DNA of 64,000 nucleotides from an uncultured Alphaproteobacteria bacterium (GTDB lineage Bacteria; Pseudomonadota; Alphaproteobacteria; Rhizobiales; Xanthobacteraceae): NCBI GenBank assembly GCA_963758945.1, contig CAVWXY010000021.1, positions 191,614 to 255,613 of the forward strand, read 5' to 3'. Shown piece by piece: positions 10,701 to 20,137 of this stretch (position 1 is its first letter; each line of letters starts with the position of its first letter). The notes under the pieces were generated by a model. It saw only the letters and a program-made list of their open reading frames with translations, ran no database searches and was not told where the DNA came from. The position numbers and the translations under genes were made by a program.

Positions 10701-12357
10701 CGCCACCCGCTACGCGGCGATGCAGGCGCTGCTGCGGCTGGTCGACGAGCTGCGCCAGGAGGACGGCGGCGCCACAGCGGGCCTGTTCGCGGGACTCAAC
10801 GTCTACGGCCTCGCCAACGACCCGTTCCTCAGCGACGACGACGAGCCGCCGCCGGCCGACATCCGCCATGTGGCCTTCGACCGCTTCATCCTCAACCGCG
10901 GCCGCCTGGCGCGGCTACTCAATCCGCCCGCCCGCGAGGAAGCCGACGAGGCCGGGCACTTCTCCGACACCGCCGACCTGTCGGACAACACCATCGCGCT
11001 GATGCGGCAGGTGGAAGGCCGCATCAAGCTCTACCGCACCGCCATCACGGTCTGCGAGCGGGCGCGTGACGCGCTGCGCGCCGACATCGACGGCGCCGCC
11101 GCGGGCCTCACCGCGTGGGACGGCCGCCTCGCCGAGGCGCGCCACGACGTCGCCGTTACCCGCGCGCTGATCGCCGAGGAGAACGAGCGCCTCGCCGCTA
11201 TCAACAAACGACGCACCGACGTGCTGCGCCACGGCGTGCGTTTCCTCGCCTATGTGCGGCCGCGCGAGACGTGCAATCTGCTGGCGACGCCGGCGCGCCT
11301 GCTTGATCCCGGGCTCATCGAGGCGCCGGTGCCGGCCTGCCTGGGCGAGCACGCCGACATTCCGGACCAGCTGACCGCGATGCTGGCGGTGCTGCGCGAG
11401 GCGCCGGCCGCCTGGTTCGTCGCCGTGCCGAAGCTGATCGAGCGGCTCGACCGCGTCGACTTGCTGGTCCGCGCCGTGCAGAGCGCGCAGCTGCGCAGCC
11501 AGATCTTTGCCGCGCGGCCGCTTCCGGTGACCGCCGCCACCGCATCGCCGGTCGCGCGGGCGATCTCCCTGGTGCAGGCGCGCCAGCATCAGACGGTGCT
11601 CGAGACGCGCCAGCTCGCCACCACGGTCGATGTGGCGCGGCTCGCGACGCTGACTTGGCGCGGCGTCCAGGAGCAGGCGCAGACGATCGTATCGATCGGC
11701 GATCTCATCGACGGGGAGCATGGCCGCGGCGAGGTGGCGCGGCGCGCCGCCGAGGCCTACGACCAGATGGCGCGCATCGCCGCCTGCCTGCACGCGGAAT
11801 TCTCCGCCGTGCTGCCCTCGATCCGCCTCGACTGGGCCGAGCGCCTGTCGCAGTTCGACGTGGCGCCGCGCCTGCGCGATCTCGCGGTTCTGCCGCGCTG
11901 GGGCGAGATCGAATACATCGACCGCAAGCAGATGCAGGCCTTCGTCGACTGGCTGTTCGATCAGGTCGACGCGCGCGAGTCGCGCGCCGACGGCCTGATG
12001 AACGACGTCGTGCGCATGTGCCTGCTGCTCGCCGCCGACGCGCCGATCGGCCGCATCCTGGCGGGCCGGCTGCCGCGGCCGGCGGTGGTGCGGCCGGGCG
12101 TGCGCCTGCCGCTCACCGCCTTCGATCCGGCGCGGCTGCGGATCGGCATGCATGCGCTGATCTACCAGGGACCGCAGGTGCTCGCCCGCGCGGTGGTGGA
12201 AGACATCGGCAGCGAGGTGGCGGCGCGCGTGGTCCACACGGCCGCGGCGGAAGTCAATCTCGGCGTCGACGTGCGGGTGCAGTTCGCCGAGGCCACGCAG
12301 GTGAGCCTGGCGCGGCAGCCGGCCGCCGTCACGGCTGTGCGCACGAAGGTGCTGTGA
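7711..12357 (+). CDS. large eCIS-associated protein (1548 aa), fibre-position paralogue 3
   Basis: GGAGAG at 7699-7704 precedes GTG 7711, 1 nt after the upstream stop. The N-terminal motif is ARPNLFPGRALTAPTLQRRQRWQAGRLALRGQRLTAGVVQGLEV. It has a poly-Pro block (PPEPVPAPPPPDPVPAPPPPEDVPPPPRPED) and a coiled-coil-like segment near RIKLYRTAITVCERARDALRADIDG. Confidence 0.6.
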   Translation: MTIKPIDQPLPGEQVVALSPESAAEAATVWLARPNLFPGRALTAPTLQRRQRWQAGRLALRGQRLTAGVVQGLEVGYDVVPLPAGGGPDITLAIAAGRGLAVSGEDVVLPQPVEIHLRDLPVFAEPSVEAGLPPEPVPAPPPPDPVPAPPPPEDVPPPPRPEDTLRVGAGDTTGAPAPPDDVPPRPGDEDGGGGTGTGELRARAFLRRRLGALLAAAPNALPGVGVLVLQPITLDRLGEFDPTDPCELGFGEVGDNSSFEDWRIADGVRLAWYAWPLEWRPLPAAGPTQRNALAWTIFQAEAALPPGAVLPWEQLGVPVALIALDSLQLQPIFIDRASVVRLGGRARDPRLALGAKPSAEWRRAPLWQAQIEQLAEQIADAGDPPPPAATLAEAFARLPPAGLLPTNAIDLGVLPLNDAVETLHSDFFPDTFELDAVPVPIESLDLAVREAASLAPVEMSQAERVRVLVPVPQAVYEPRLLQEEVIDPEFQATLDRFLLARARALGARQGLRAKHSRLVQLATGRALPVPRPEEDAQALEAESFAPWGPPPAGGGHRGLLAPGLHQHFFRNATARLSLGVGDGLYAWVYLDPDHPPRALMLQWHDGESFDHRAYWAAADDEALIATDIDGTPLTVVRMGDLPEAGQWLRLEAPAQSIGLGGAELSGMSFTLYDGQAAFGETGAVNADSVAVPWFSNVLPQGAELDLSDPGVDPWTFLTPNDLYAPFEPPFGLEVDPDENGALGRSTIIAALKADSALAPLTVTEGNVTGGVLSPAELQQLDARGLDGFIAFLKSRADRADDIVDYGFVKVQTDTYRVRQLILGTTAATRLAISPTLATIAQSETAVASQERIASFFDELKTAPTVRAAAFGGTAPTAPPTAAVSVAGPITGAGLTRAGLTAARVVQPTSISTAALDIGVTIRDEAFARAPLADRTTIIDREVEVVRPIRVVETKPPTPTPRDVTEVDPLIGKALIRTTSIAQRLEEPKALNAKNYSTATRYAAMQALLRLVDELRQEDGGATAGLFAGLNVYGLANDPFLSDDDEPPPADIRHVAFDRFILNRGRLARLLNPPAREEADEAGHFSDTADLSDNTIALMRQVEGRIKLYRTAITVCERARDALRADIDGAAAGLTAWDGRLAEARHDVAVTRALIAEENERLAAINKRRTDVLRHGVRFLAYVRPRETCNLLATPARLLDPGLIEAPVPACLGEHADIPDQLTAMLAVLREAPAAWFVAVPKLIERLDRVDLLVRAVQSAQLRSQIFAARPLPVTAATASPVARAISLVQARQHQTVLETRQLATTVDVARLATLTWRGVQEQAQTIVSIGDLIDGEHGRGEVARRAAEAYDQMARIAACLHAEFSAVLPSIRLDWAERLSQFDVAPRLRDLAVLPRWGEIEYIDRKQMQAFVDWLFDQVDARESRADGLMNDVVRMCLLLAADAPIGRILAGRLPRPAVVRPGVRLPLTAFDPARLRIGMHALIYQGPQVLARAVVEDIGSEVAARVVHTAAAEVNLGVDVRVQFAEATQVSLARQPAAVTAVRTKVL

Positions 12358-12376
12358 ACGCGGGAGGTGTGCCGCG

Positions 12377-14308
12377 ATGATCGCTCTTGTCGCCTCGCGC
12401 CGCGTGCAACGGCTGCATCTGCGCGCGCCCGACGACACGCTGGCGTGGCGCGGCGTGCGGCTCATCGAAGATGCAATGCGCTCCGCCAGCCTGCCCGATG
12501 CCGGCGCGCGCCTCATCGTGTTCCGCCGCTTTGCGCTCGGACGCTTCCGCTCGGGCATTGCGCCGCAGACCTTGGCGCTCGCGCTCGAGCAGCGCGTCGC
12601 CGCGTTGCGTGATGTCGCCGTTCATGCGGCGGCGGCGGCTGCCGCGCAGGCGAGCGTGGTGTGGTTCCGCGACGCGCTGGAGGCGCACACGCTGCTGGCG
12701 CAGCGCGTGGCGGCCGGCGCGCCGGCGGTCGAATGGTTCTGGCCGTTGGTCGTGCCCGGCATCGAGCGGGGCTCAGCAGCGCCACAACGCCTGCGCCTGG
12801 TGCTGCAGGCGCTCGCGCGGCGTCCGGAAGCGTCCGCGGCCCTGCCGGCGCTCGCGCTCGCGCTCGCGCGGCAGGGACATGCGGACCTGATGCGCGCGGC
12901 GCTCGGTGCGGCACAGGCCGCAGCCTTGCTCGATGCCGGCCCATCGGCGCCGGCGGCGGCGCTGTTTGGTGCAAATCGCATCATATCGCCAGATGCCGCT
13001 GTCGGTGTAGGTATTGCCCACAGCACGCCGCCGCGTGCTCACGCCTTGCAGGTGCGCGGTGACGATCGTGCCCGGCGAGGAGCCGATGCCGCAGCACTGC
13101 GCGTCGAAGGCACGGCGCTGGTTCACCCCGACGAGACGCCGTCCGCAAGCGACGCGGTGACTGAACCGACAAGGCCCGTCCCCGCTTCCCGGCGGCGTGC
13201 GGAAGATCTCGCCCCGGTGCGGCCGTCAACGGCGAAACTCGCCGATGCGGCGGCCGCCACACGTTCGCCGGTGCACACGAACGAACGGCACAGCGATGAA
13301 ACTGCGCGCAAGGCGGCACGTGCGCGCCGTCGCGCCGCCGATGCGACGGGTGCCGAAGCTTCCATCGAGCGCCGCGCGCAAGATGTTTCGCCCGTCGCCG
13401 ACACGCCACGGCGCGCACGATCAGTTGCCTCCCCGGCCGTGTGCCCCTCGACAGCGCACGGAACAACGAAGCCCGACGTTGCCGCCGTTCAGTCGCGCGA
13501 TGCGGCCGACGCGTCCGGCAGCGCGCCGCCGGCCTGGCCCTACGCGGCGCCCACGCAGGCGGGCGGGCTGTTGTTCCTGCTGCCGGTGCTGGCGCGGCTC
13601 GGCTATGCGCAATGGCTCGAGGCGGCGCCCGAATGGGTGGCGCTGCGCATCGATCGGCGCGTGCTCGCGCTTGCCTGCGCGCGCGTCGCGCTGCCCGCCG
13701 ATGACCCGGCGTGGTTGGCCTGCGACGCGTCCGCGCTGCCCGCGCCGACGCGCTACTGCGCGCCAACATTATGGCTCGAAGGCATCGCCGCCTGCGACGG
13801 CGCATGGTGCAGCTCTGCATCGGGCAACGACACGCGCGTGTGGGACGCGAGCGGACGCCTGCTGCTCGCCGCCTGGCGCGGGAGGCGCCGCCCAGCCAAG
13901 GTCATCCAGATGCTCTCCGAGGTGCGCGAAAAACCCGCACGACCGACAGAGCGGGCGCCCTCACCACACTCCTCTCCCCGATGGGGGGAGGGACCCGGTC
14001 GCGTCAGCGGCGACAGCAGAGATTACGCGGAGAGCTTTGCTGTTTGCGAGGACCTCACCGCCGCCGTAACTGCAGCGTGGCTCACGGCGTGCCGGCGATG
14101 GCTGCGGCGTTATGCGCGCATCGGCGTGGCGAGCCTGGTGGCGCGCCCTGCCCGCCTGTCGCTCACGCCGACCCACGCCGACGCGTTCTTCGCGCTCTCC
14201 GACGCGAACCTTGCGGTGCGGCGCAGCGGCCTCGATCTCGATCCCGGCTGGGTGCCGTGGTTCGGCCGCGTGATGAGCTTTCATTACGGAGACGCGCCAT
14301 GGACGTGA
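12377..14308 (+). CDS. eCIS protein at the Afp14 (tail length / tape-measure) position; assigned by synteny only
   Basis: GGGAGG at 12362-12367 precedes ATG 12377. It lies immediately upstream of the AAA+ ATPase and overlaps its start. It has a low-complexity central region. I recognise no diagnostic motif. Confidence 0.45.
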   Translation: MIALVASRRVQRLHLRAPDDTLAWRGVRLIEDAMRSASLPDAGARLIVFRRFALGRFRSGIAPQTLALALEQRVAALRDVAVHAAAAAAAQASVVWFRDALEAHTLLAQRVAAGAPAVEWFWPLVVPGIERGSAAPQRLRLVLQALARRPEASAALPALALALARQGHADLMRAALGAAQAAALLDAGPSAPAAALFGANRIISPDAAVGVGIAHSTPPRAHALQVRGDDRARRGADAAALRVEGTALVHPDETPSASDAVTEPTRPVPASRRRAEDLAPVRPSTAKLADAAAATRSPVHTNERHSDETARKAARARRRAADATGAEASIERRAQDVSPVADTPRRARSVASPAVCPSTAHGTTKPDVAAVQSRDAADASGSAPPAWPYAAPTQAGGLLFLLPVLARLGYAQWLEAAPEWVALRIDRRVLALACARVALPADDPAWLACDASALPAPTRYCAPTLWLEGIAACDGAWCSSASGNDTRVWDASGRLLLAAWRGRRRPAKVIQMLSEVREKPARPTERAPSPHSSPRWGEGPGRVSGDSRDYAESFAVCEDLTAAVTAAWLTACRRWLRRYARIGVASLVARPARLSLTPTHADAFFALSDANLAVRRSGLDLDPGWVPWFGRVMSFHYGDAPWT

Positions 14309-16242
14309 TGGTGGCCACGGCGCCCTTGCACCGGATCGCGCTCGCCGCGTGCGCGCGCGACGGCGATGCCGCGAGCGCGGAGGCGAGCTGGCTTGCCGCC
14401 CAGCGCGACGCGCTGTTCGCTGCGACGGGAGAGCCGCCCGATCTTCGCGAATGGTTCACGCGTTGGCGCCGCGCCCCGCCGCCCGCCGACGCACGGCTCG
14501 CGGCGCTGGCCGCGACGCCGGGCTGGCGGCTCTCGACCGCCGAGCTGCTGGCGGTGGCGCTCGCCTGCGCGGCCGAGACCGACGCGATGATCGGCCGCGT
14601 GCTGGCGTGGCTGCAGGCGCCGGTGGCCGGGGCACGGCCGACCATCGGCCTCGTTGCCATGCTGGCGGAACGATTCGGCGACGACACCACGTTCGCGGCG
14701 CTCGCCGGCGGCATGGCGCGCGCGAGCGGGCTTCTCCAGTTCGACGGCAACAGCCGCGTGCTGCCCGAGGCGCAGCTGTCGATTCCGCTGCCCGTGGTGT
14801 TCGCCCTCGCCGACGCGCCGTTGCGCCTCACGCCGCGCGGCGTGCGCGTCGGCATGTCGGAGCCGCCGATGTTGCCGCCGAGCCTGCGCGAGGCGGCCGC
14901 CGCGCGCGCGCGGGCGCTCGCGCCCGGCGGCGCGCTGGTGGTGCGCAGCGGTCATCCGCGCGAAGCGCGCGCGGTGGCGATGGAGATCGCCGCCGCGCAG
15001 GGCGCGCGCGCCGCCTTCCTCGACGGCGATGCGCCGTCCGACTTCGCGCCGTGGCTGATGCTCACCGACTGCGTGCCGGTGCTGTGCGCCGAGATTGCCC
15101 CGGGCGAGCGGCGCCGACTGCCCGACCTGCCGGGCTGGCCCGGCCCCTGGCTGATCGCCGCCGGGCCCGATGGCAGCTTCGAGCGCGACGGCGAGACGCT
15201 GCCGAGCTGGCGCGTGCCGGTGCCGTGCGTCGAGGAACGCATTGCACTGTGGCACGCGGCCACTGGCGAGGAACGGCTCGCCGAGATGCTCGGTGCCGTG
15301 CATCGCCATCCGGCCGGCCGCATTGCCGAGCTGGGGCGCGCCGGCCGCTTCCAGGCGCGGCTCGCCGGCAGCGAGCGGCTCACCGCCGCCGACGTGACGC
15401 TCGCGGCGCGCAGCGGCGCCAGCGGCGATCTCGGCACGCTCGCCGAGCTGCTGCCGGAGCCCATCCCCGACGAGGCGCTGGTGCTGCCGCCGATCACACG
15501 GCGCGAGATCGAGGGGCTCGCCGCGCGCTGCATCGCCCGCGACGCGCTCGCCGACGGCCTCGGCCCGGCGGCGCGCGCGCGCTACCGCCCCGGCGTGCGC
15601 GCGTTGCTGGTGGGACCGTCCGGCACCGGCAAGACGCTCGCCGTCGCCTGGCTGGCGACGCGGCTGGCGCTGCCGCTCTACCGCGTCGATCTCGCCAGCG
15701 TCACCAGCAAGTATATCGGCGAGACCGAGAAGAACCTGGCGCAATTGTTCGCTCGCGCCGAGCACGCGGAAGGCGTGCTGCTGTTCGACGAAGCCGACTC
15801 GCTGTTCGGCAAGCGCACCGACGTCAAGGAGGCCAACGACCGCTTCGCCAATGCGCAGACCAACTACCTGCTGCAGCGGATCGAATCGTTCGAAGGCATC
15901 GCCATCCTCACCAGCAACAGCCGCGCCCGTTTCGACTCCGCCTTCACGCGAAGGCTCGACGCCGTGATCGAGTTCCCGCCGCCCGGGCCGGAGGAGCGCC
16001 GCGCGCTGTGGCTTGCGCATCTCGGCAGCGCGCACACGCTCGGTACGGCTGAGCTCAACCGCTACGCCGCCAATTGCGAGCTTGCCGGCGGGCATATTCG
16101 CAACGCCGTGCTCGCCGCCGCGGTCGCGGCCCGCGACAACGCCAGGCCGATCTCGGAGGCCGACCTGGCGGCGGCGCTGACGGCGGAATACCGCAAGCTC
16201 GGCAAGCCGCTGCCCACCGCGCTGATGAGCGGACGTGACTGA
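14299..16242 (+). CDS. AAA+ ATPase of the contractile injection system (Afp15-like)
   Basis: Walker A is GPSGTGKT and Walker B is LLFDEAD, within a C-terminal AAA module (YIGETEKNLAQLF...NYLLQRIESFEGIAILTSN). The start overlaps the upstream stop (14306-14308). ATG 14308 is an alternative start. Confidence 0.85.
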   Translation: MDVMVATAPLHRIALAACARDGDAASAEASWLAAQRDALFAATGEPPDLREWFTRWRRAPPPADARLAALAATPGWRLSTAELLAVALACAAETDAMIGRVLAWLQAPVAGARPTIGLVAMLAERFGDDTTFAALAGGMARASGLLQFDGNSRVLPEAQLSIPLPVVFALADAPLRLTPRGVRVGMSEPPMLPPSLREAAAARARALAPGGALVVRSGHPREARAVAMEIAAAQGARAAFLDGDAPSDFAPWLMLTDCVPVLCAEIAPGERRRLPDLPGWPGPWLIAAGPDGSFERDGETLPSWRVPVPCVEERIALWHAATGEERLAEMLGAVHRHPAGRIAELGRAGRFQARLAGSERLTAADVTLAARSGASGDLGTLAELLPEPIPDEALVLPPITRREIEGLAARCIARDALADGLGPAARARYRPGVRALLVGPSGTGKTLAVAWLATRLALPLYRVDLASVTSKYIGETEKNLAQLFARAEHAEGVLLFDEADSLFGKRTDVKEANDRFANAQTNYLLQRIESFEGIAILTSNSRARFDSAFTRRLDAVIEFPPPGPEERRALWLAHLGSAHTLGTAELNRYAANCELAGGHIRNAVLAAAVAARDNARPISEADLAAALTAEYRKLGKPLPTALMSGRD

Positions 16243-19200
16243 TGAGCCTCGCGCCCGCCCAGGCTGCCAAGCCCATGGCCAAGGCCGGCGAGCCCGCCGT
16301 GCAACCGGCGAAGCCCGAGCAGGCGGAACTCGCCGACGGCCGAAATTGCGGGGCTGCCGCGCTATCTCCAGCCCAAGCTCATGGTCGGCGCGCCTGACGA
16401 CCCGCTGGAGCGCGAGGCCGACCGCGTGGCCGATCACGTGATGCGCAAAGCGGAGCCGGGCAGTGCGTCGCCACCATTCACGGCGCTCGCCACATCGCGC
16501 ATCCAGCGGCGCTGCGCGTCGTGCTCGGCCGCGATCGAGGCGGCCATGATTCAGCGCAAGTGCGCGGCCTGCGCAGCGGCGGAGAAGGGAGCATCCGATT
16601 GCCATTGCGACGACGGAGAAAAACCCGTACAGCGCCGCGCCGACATCGCACATGCAGGTCACGATGGTAGTCAGCCGGCGGGCGCCACGGTGGCCAGCCA
16701 TGTTCGTGCCCTACAGGGCGGCGGTGCGCCGTTGCCGCAGGCGGCGCGCGACCAGTTCGAGCCGCGCTTCGGTCACGACTTCAGCGCCGTGCGCGTCCAC
16801 ACCGGCGGCGCCGCCGCCGAATCCGCGCGCGAGCTCGGAGCCCAGGCCTATACGCTCGGGCAGGACATCGTGTTCGCCGCCAGCCGCTACGCGCCCGAGA
16901 CGCCGGCCGGCCAGCAGCTGCTGGCGCACGAGCTCACTCACACGATCCAGCAGTCGGGCGGCGCGCGTCCCGGACTGATCCAGCGGCAGCCGTGGGGACC
17001 GTTCAAGCAACCGCGGACCCTGCCGATGCCGGGTCCGATGCGCCGCGACCCATGTACGCCCGCGGCCGTGACGGCGGGACAGAGTGAGGTGGTCGAGCTC
17101 AAGGGAACCAGGGAGTTCAAGCCGTCGGACGATCTCGCCGACATGATCGAGTGCGCCGAGCCGGCGGCGCTCGGCGTGCGCGTCCAGTTCGGCACGCTCG
17201 CATCGGGAATGATCTACGTGCGCCGGGTCGGTGCCCCGAGGCCCGGCAGCACCGGCGGCGGTTCCGGCGGCACCTTCGGCGGCGGGCGATCCGGCGGCGG
17301 TGGCGCGGGCAGCTCGTGGGATGCCGGCGGCGGCGGGCGCGGGCTTTACGAAACCGTCGACGACGACGCCTATATCGACCTCACCCATCCCGCCTTCCCG
17401 GGCGCCGGCAGATTTGCGCCGCCGCGCATGTACCTGACCGTCCGCAACAGCGTGGTCACCGGCTACGTCAGCTTCTTCCCGTCCGATCGCGTGCCGTGGT
17501 TCATGATCGGCAAGTGGCGTCAGGTGTTCACGGTCGAGCGGCTGCTGGGCTTCCGCGGCCTGAGCAAGGTGGAAGTGACGAAGCACACCAACGAAGTGCG
17601 CAACGGCGTGCTGCGCTACGCGCTCAACGACTTCACGTTCCAGCTCCAGAGCAACGCCGCCCTCGGCGGCACTGTGATCCGCACCGACGATGGGCCTACC
17701 GGCACCGGCAATTTCAGCGTGATCGACGATGCGCAGAGCTTCTCGGCCGAGGCGGTGATCGAGGCGCCCGGCATCGCCGAGGGCCGCATGCCGCTGCACC
17801 GCACCGCCGGTCGCATCTTCGGCGCGCAGAGTTTCGCTCTCACGCTCAAACCCACCGACGCGTTCGGCGGTACCTTCTCCGGCAACGTCCAGGGCTCGTT
17901 CGCCGACGGCATGCTCACCATTCAGGGCACCGCGCGCTACCGCTCGCGCAAGGTGAATGGCAGCGTGACCATGATGCTGGCGCCGCGCGCGCAGGCGTGG
18001 GAGCACGTGGTGCGCCAGCTCCCCGCCAGCGCCAACGCGCCGAAGGTCACAGCAGGCGCGGCCTTGAAGTCCGACCTGGTGCTGGTCGGGTGGGGCACGG
18101 TGAACTTCGCCGTCAGCGAGTGGCTCACCGGCAGCGTCTCGGTCGTCGTGGATCCCGACGGCTACATCACGTCGCACGGCATCTTGCGTCCTACCCGCGA
18201 GTTCCAATTCCTCGCCGATGTCGAAAAGTACAGCGTCAAGAAGGAGCTGGTCCCGCCGATCGAGAAGGAGGTCACCTTCGCCACCGTGTGGGCGGCGAGC
18301 GTGAACGGCCACGCGAGCTTCGAGCTGTGGGGCGGCGCACGGCTCGGGCCCGGACGCATCTATGGCCTGGAAGTGGAGGGCACGTTCTCCACGCGTCCCG
18401 GCAGCGTGTTCGAGGCGCGAGCCACCGGGCGCGCCAACCTTTCGGCCTGGGCCAAGCTCGAAGCCAAGCTGAAGCTGGAACTCAACGCCAAGGCGCTGGG
18501 CGTGGCCAAGGTGGCGCGCGTGACGCCGACCATCATCGGCAGCGCCACGGTGCGCGCCTATGTGGAGATCCAGCCAACCTTCGAGCGCATCGCCACGGGG
18601 GCCCCGGACGAGGCCAACTACAAGATCACCGGCAAGCTCGAGGCCGCAGGCGCCGTGGATCTGGGGCTGCGGGGCTATGTCGACTTCAAGGTGCTGGGCT
18701 TCGGTCCGCGCATCAATTTCGGGCGCTACGAACTCCCGCTCGGCAGCCTGGGCATGATAGCGGAGATCAGTCACGTGCTCGGCTCGAACGATCCGATCGA
18801 GCTGAAGTACGAGCTGACCGAGTTCGACGAGAACAAGTTCGGCTCGCACGTGGAGGATCTGATCCAGGAGGAGGAAGAGGAGGACACCGGTAAGCACGAA
18901 GAGACGCTCGAACAGAAGGCCGCCACCAAGACGCCGCCGCTCCTGACCAAGCCTACCGAGCTGCGGCGCGAGTTCTTCATGCACGGCGCGCCGCACACGC
19001 TGTGGCTGGAGCATGCGCCCGGGCCGGTGCTCAAGATGGCGAGTGACGGCGACGACAAGCTCACCACCAAGCTCGGCGCCGAGATCGCCACAGTCGAGCA
19101 GCAGGAAAAGGCCGAGACCGGCGACGCGGCGGCGCTGCTGGCGCAGGAGGCATCGCAGGCGCGCGGGCTCCTGGCCCAGGCCCAGGCAATGGAGCGGGGC

Positions 19201-20137
19201 CTCGCCGCGCTCGGTTCGGAAGAGAATCAGAACCCCGATGCCGCCGGCTTCCAGGAGATTGGCAGCGGCCTTTCAAACTACGGCAATGCCTACGACAAGA
19301 CGGATCTGGCGACCACGCCCCCGGCGCCGGGGGCCGGCGCCGTCGATTACGATGAAAAGGGGCGTTACAAGATCGAGACCAAGGCCGATCTGGATGCCGT
19401 GCGCGCCGCCAAGCCGCCGCGTCCGGCCGATCTCGATGCGGACGCCGAAAAGCTGTGGAACGATTACGCTGAGCCGGGCAAGGGCTACTTCGACCGCTAC
19501 ATCAGTGTGCTCGAGCGCGATTTCACCACGCCTAATTACCGCAAGCGCCACGACGCGCCGCTCGCCTGGGACGCCTATATCGAGTTCGCGCGGCTTCTAC
19601 GACCGGCTGCGTGAGCGCAAGGAGTTCCAGAGCGATTTGCGCAAGACGATCCTGGCCGAGCGCGGCGACATCGACCCGCAGCAGGCGGAGATCGACGTCG
19701 GGATGCAGAAGGGGCGGCGCCGCGTGCGCTACGCCGACATCGTCATCACGACGCCGAGCAAGAACCTGGAGGTGTACAGTCTCAAGGTGCGCAACGTTGC
19801 GGCGCAGGTGCACAAGCTTAACGACGACGCCAAGGTGCGGACATGGATCTCCGACAATCTGAAGAGCGATATCGAGGAGGCGATCGACTTCTATGGCGGC
19901 CAGGTGACCTTCCGGCGAAAGTACAAGTCGACCACGGAAGGAAAGGCGGGAGGAGCGAAGGAGGGGAAGCACCCGCTCTACGACGAGCCTGTGTTCGTGA
20001 ACAAGGTGATCCTCGTGTGGCGAGGCGCGAGCGATCTGGTGCCGGAGCGGTTCCGCGATTACATCCTCACCACCGGCAACGCGCTGGGTGCCAAATACCG
20101 CAAGACCATCTCATGTGAGGCACGACTGCAGCCATGA
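16242..20137 (+). pseudogene. DUF4157-headed effector 1 (large beta-rich body, possible PD-(D/E)xK-like C-terminal module); two +1 frame breaks near 16332 and 19588
   Basis: ATG 16242 overlaps the ATPase stop (TGATG). The leader MSLAPAQAAKPMAKAGEPAVQPAKPEQAEL (frame 0) continues as ...IAGLPRYLQPKLMVGAPDDPLEREADRVA only in frame 1 (ORF-track ORF 16381-19614). The DUF4157 core is FEPRFGHDFSAVRVHTG...LLAHELTHTIQQ. The 3' part is credible only in frame 2 (FYDRLRERKEFQ...RYADIVITTPSKNLEVYSLKV, ending at 20137). Confidence 0.55.

Noticed and set aside
13711-14298. An N-terminal extension that would make the ATPase ORF 843 aa.
   Set aside because: The extension overlaps the credible 12377-14308 gene and translates to an Arg-rich non-coding-like sequence. 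ATG 14299/14308 at the stop overlap is the sensible start.
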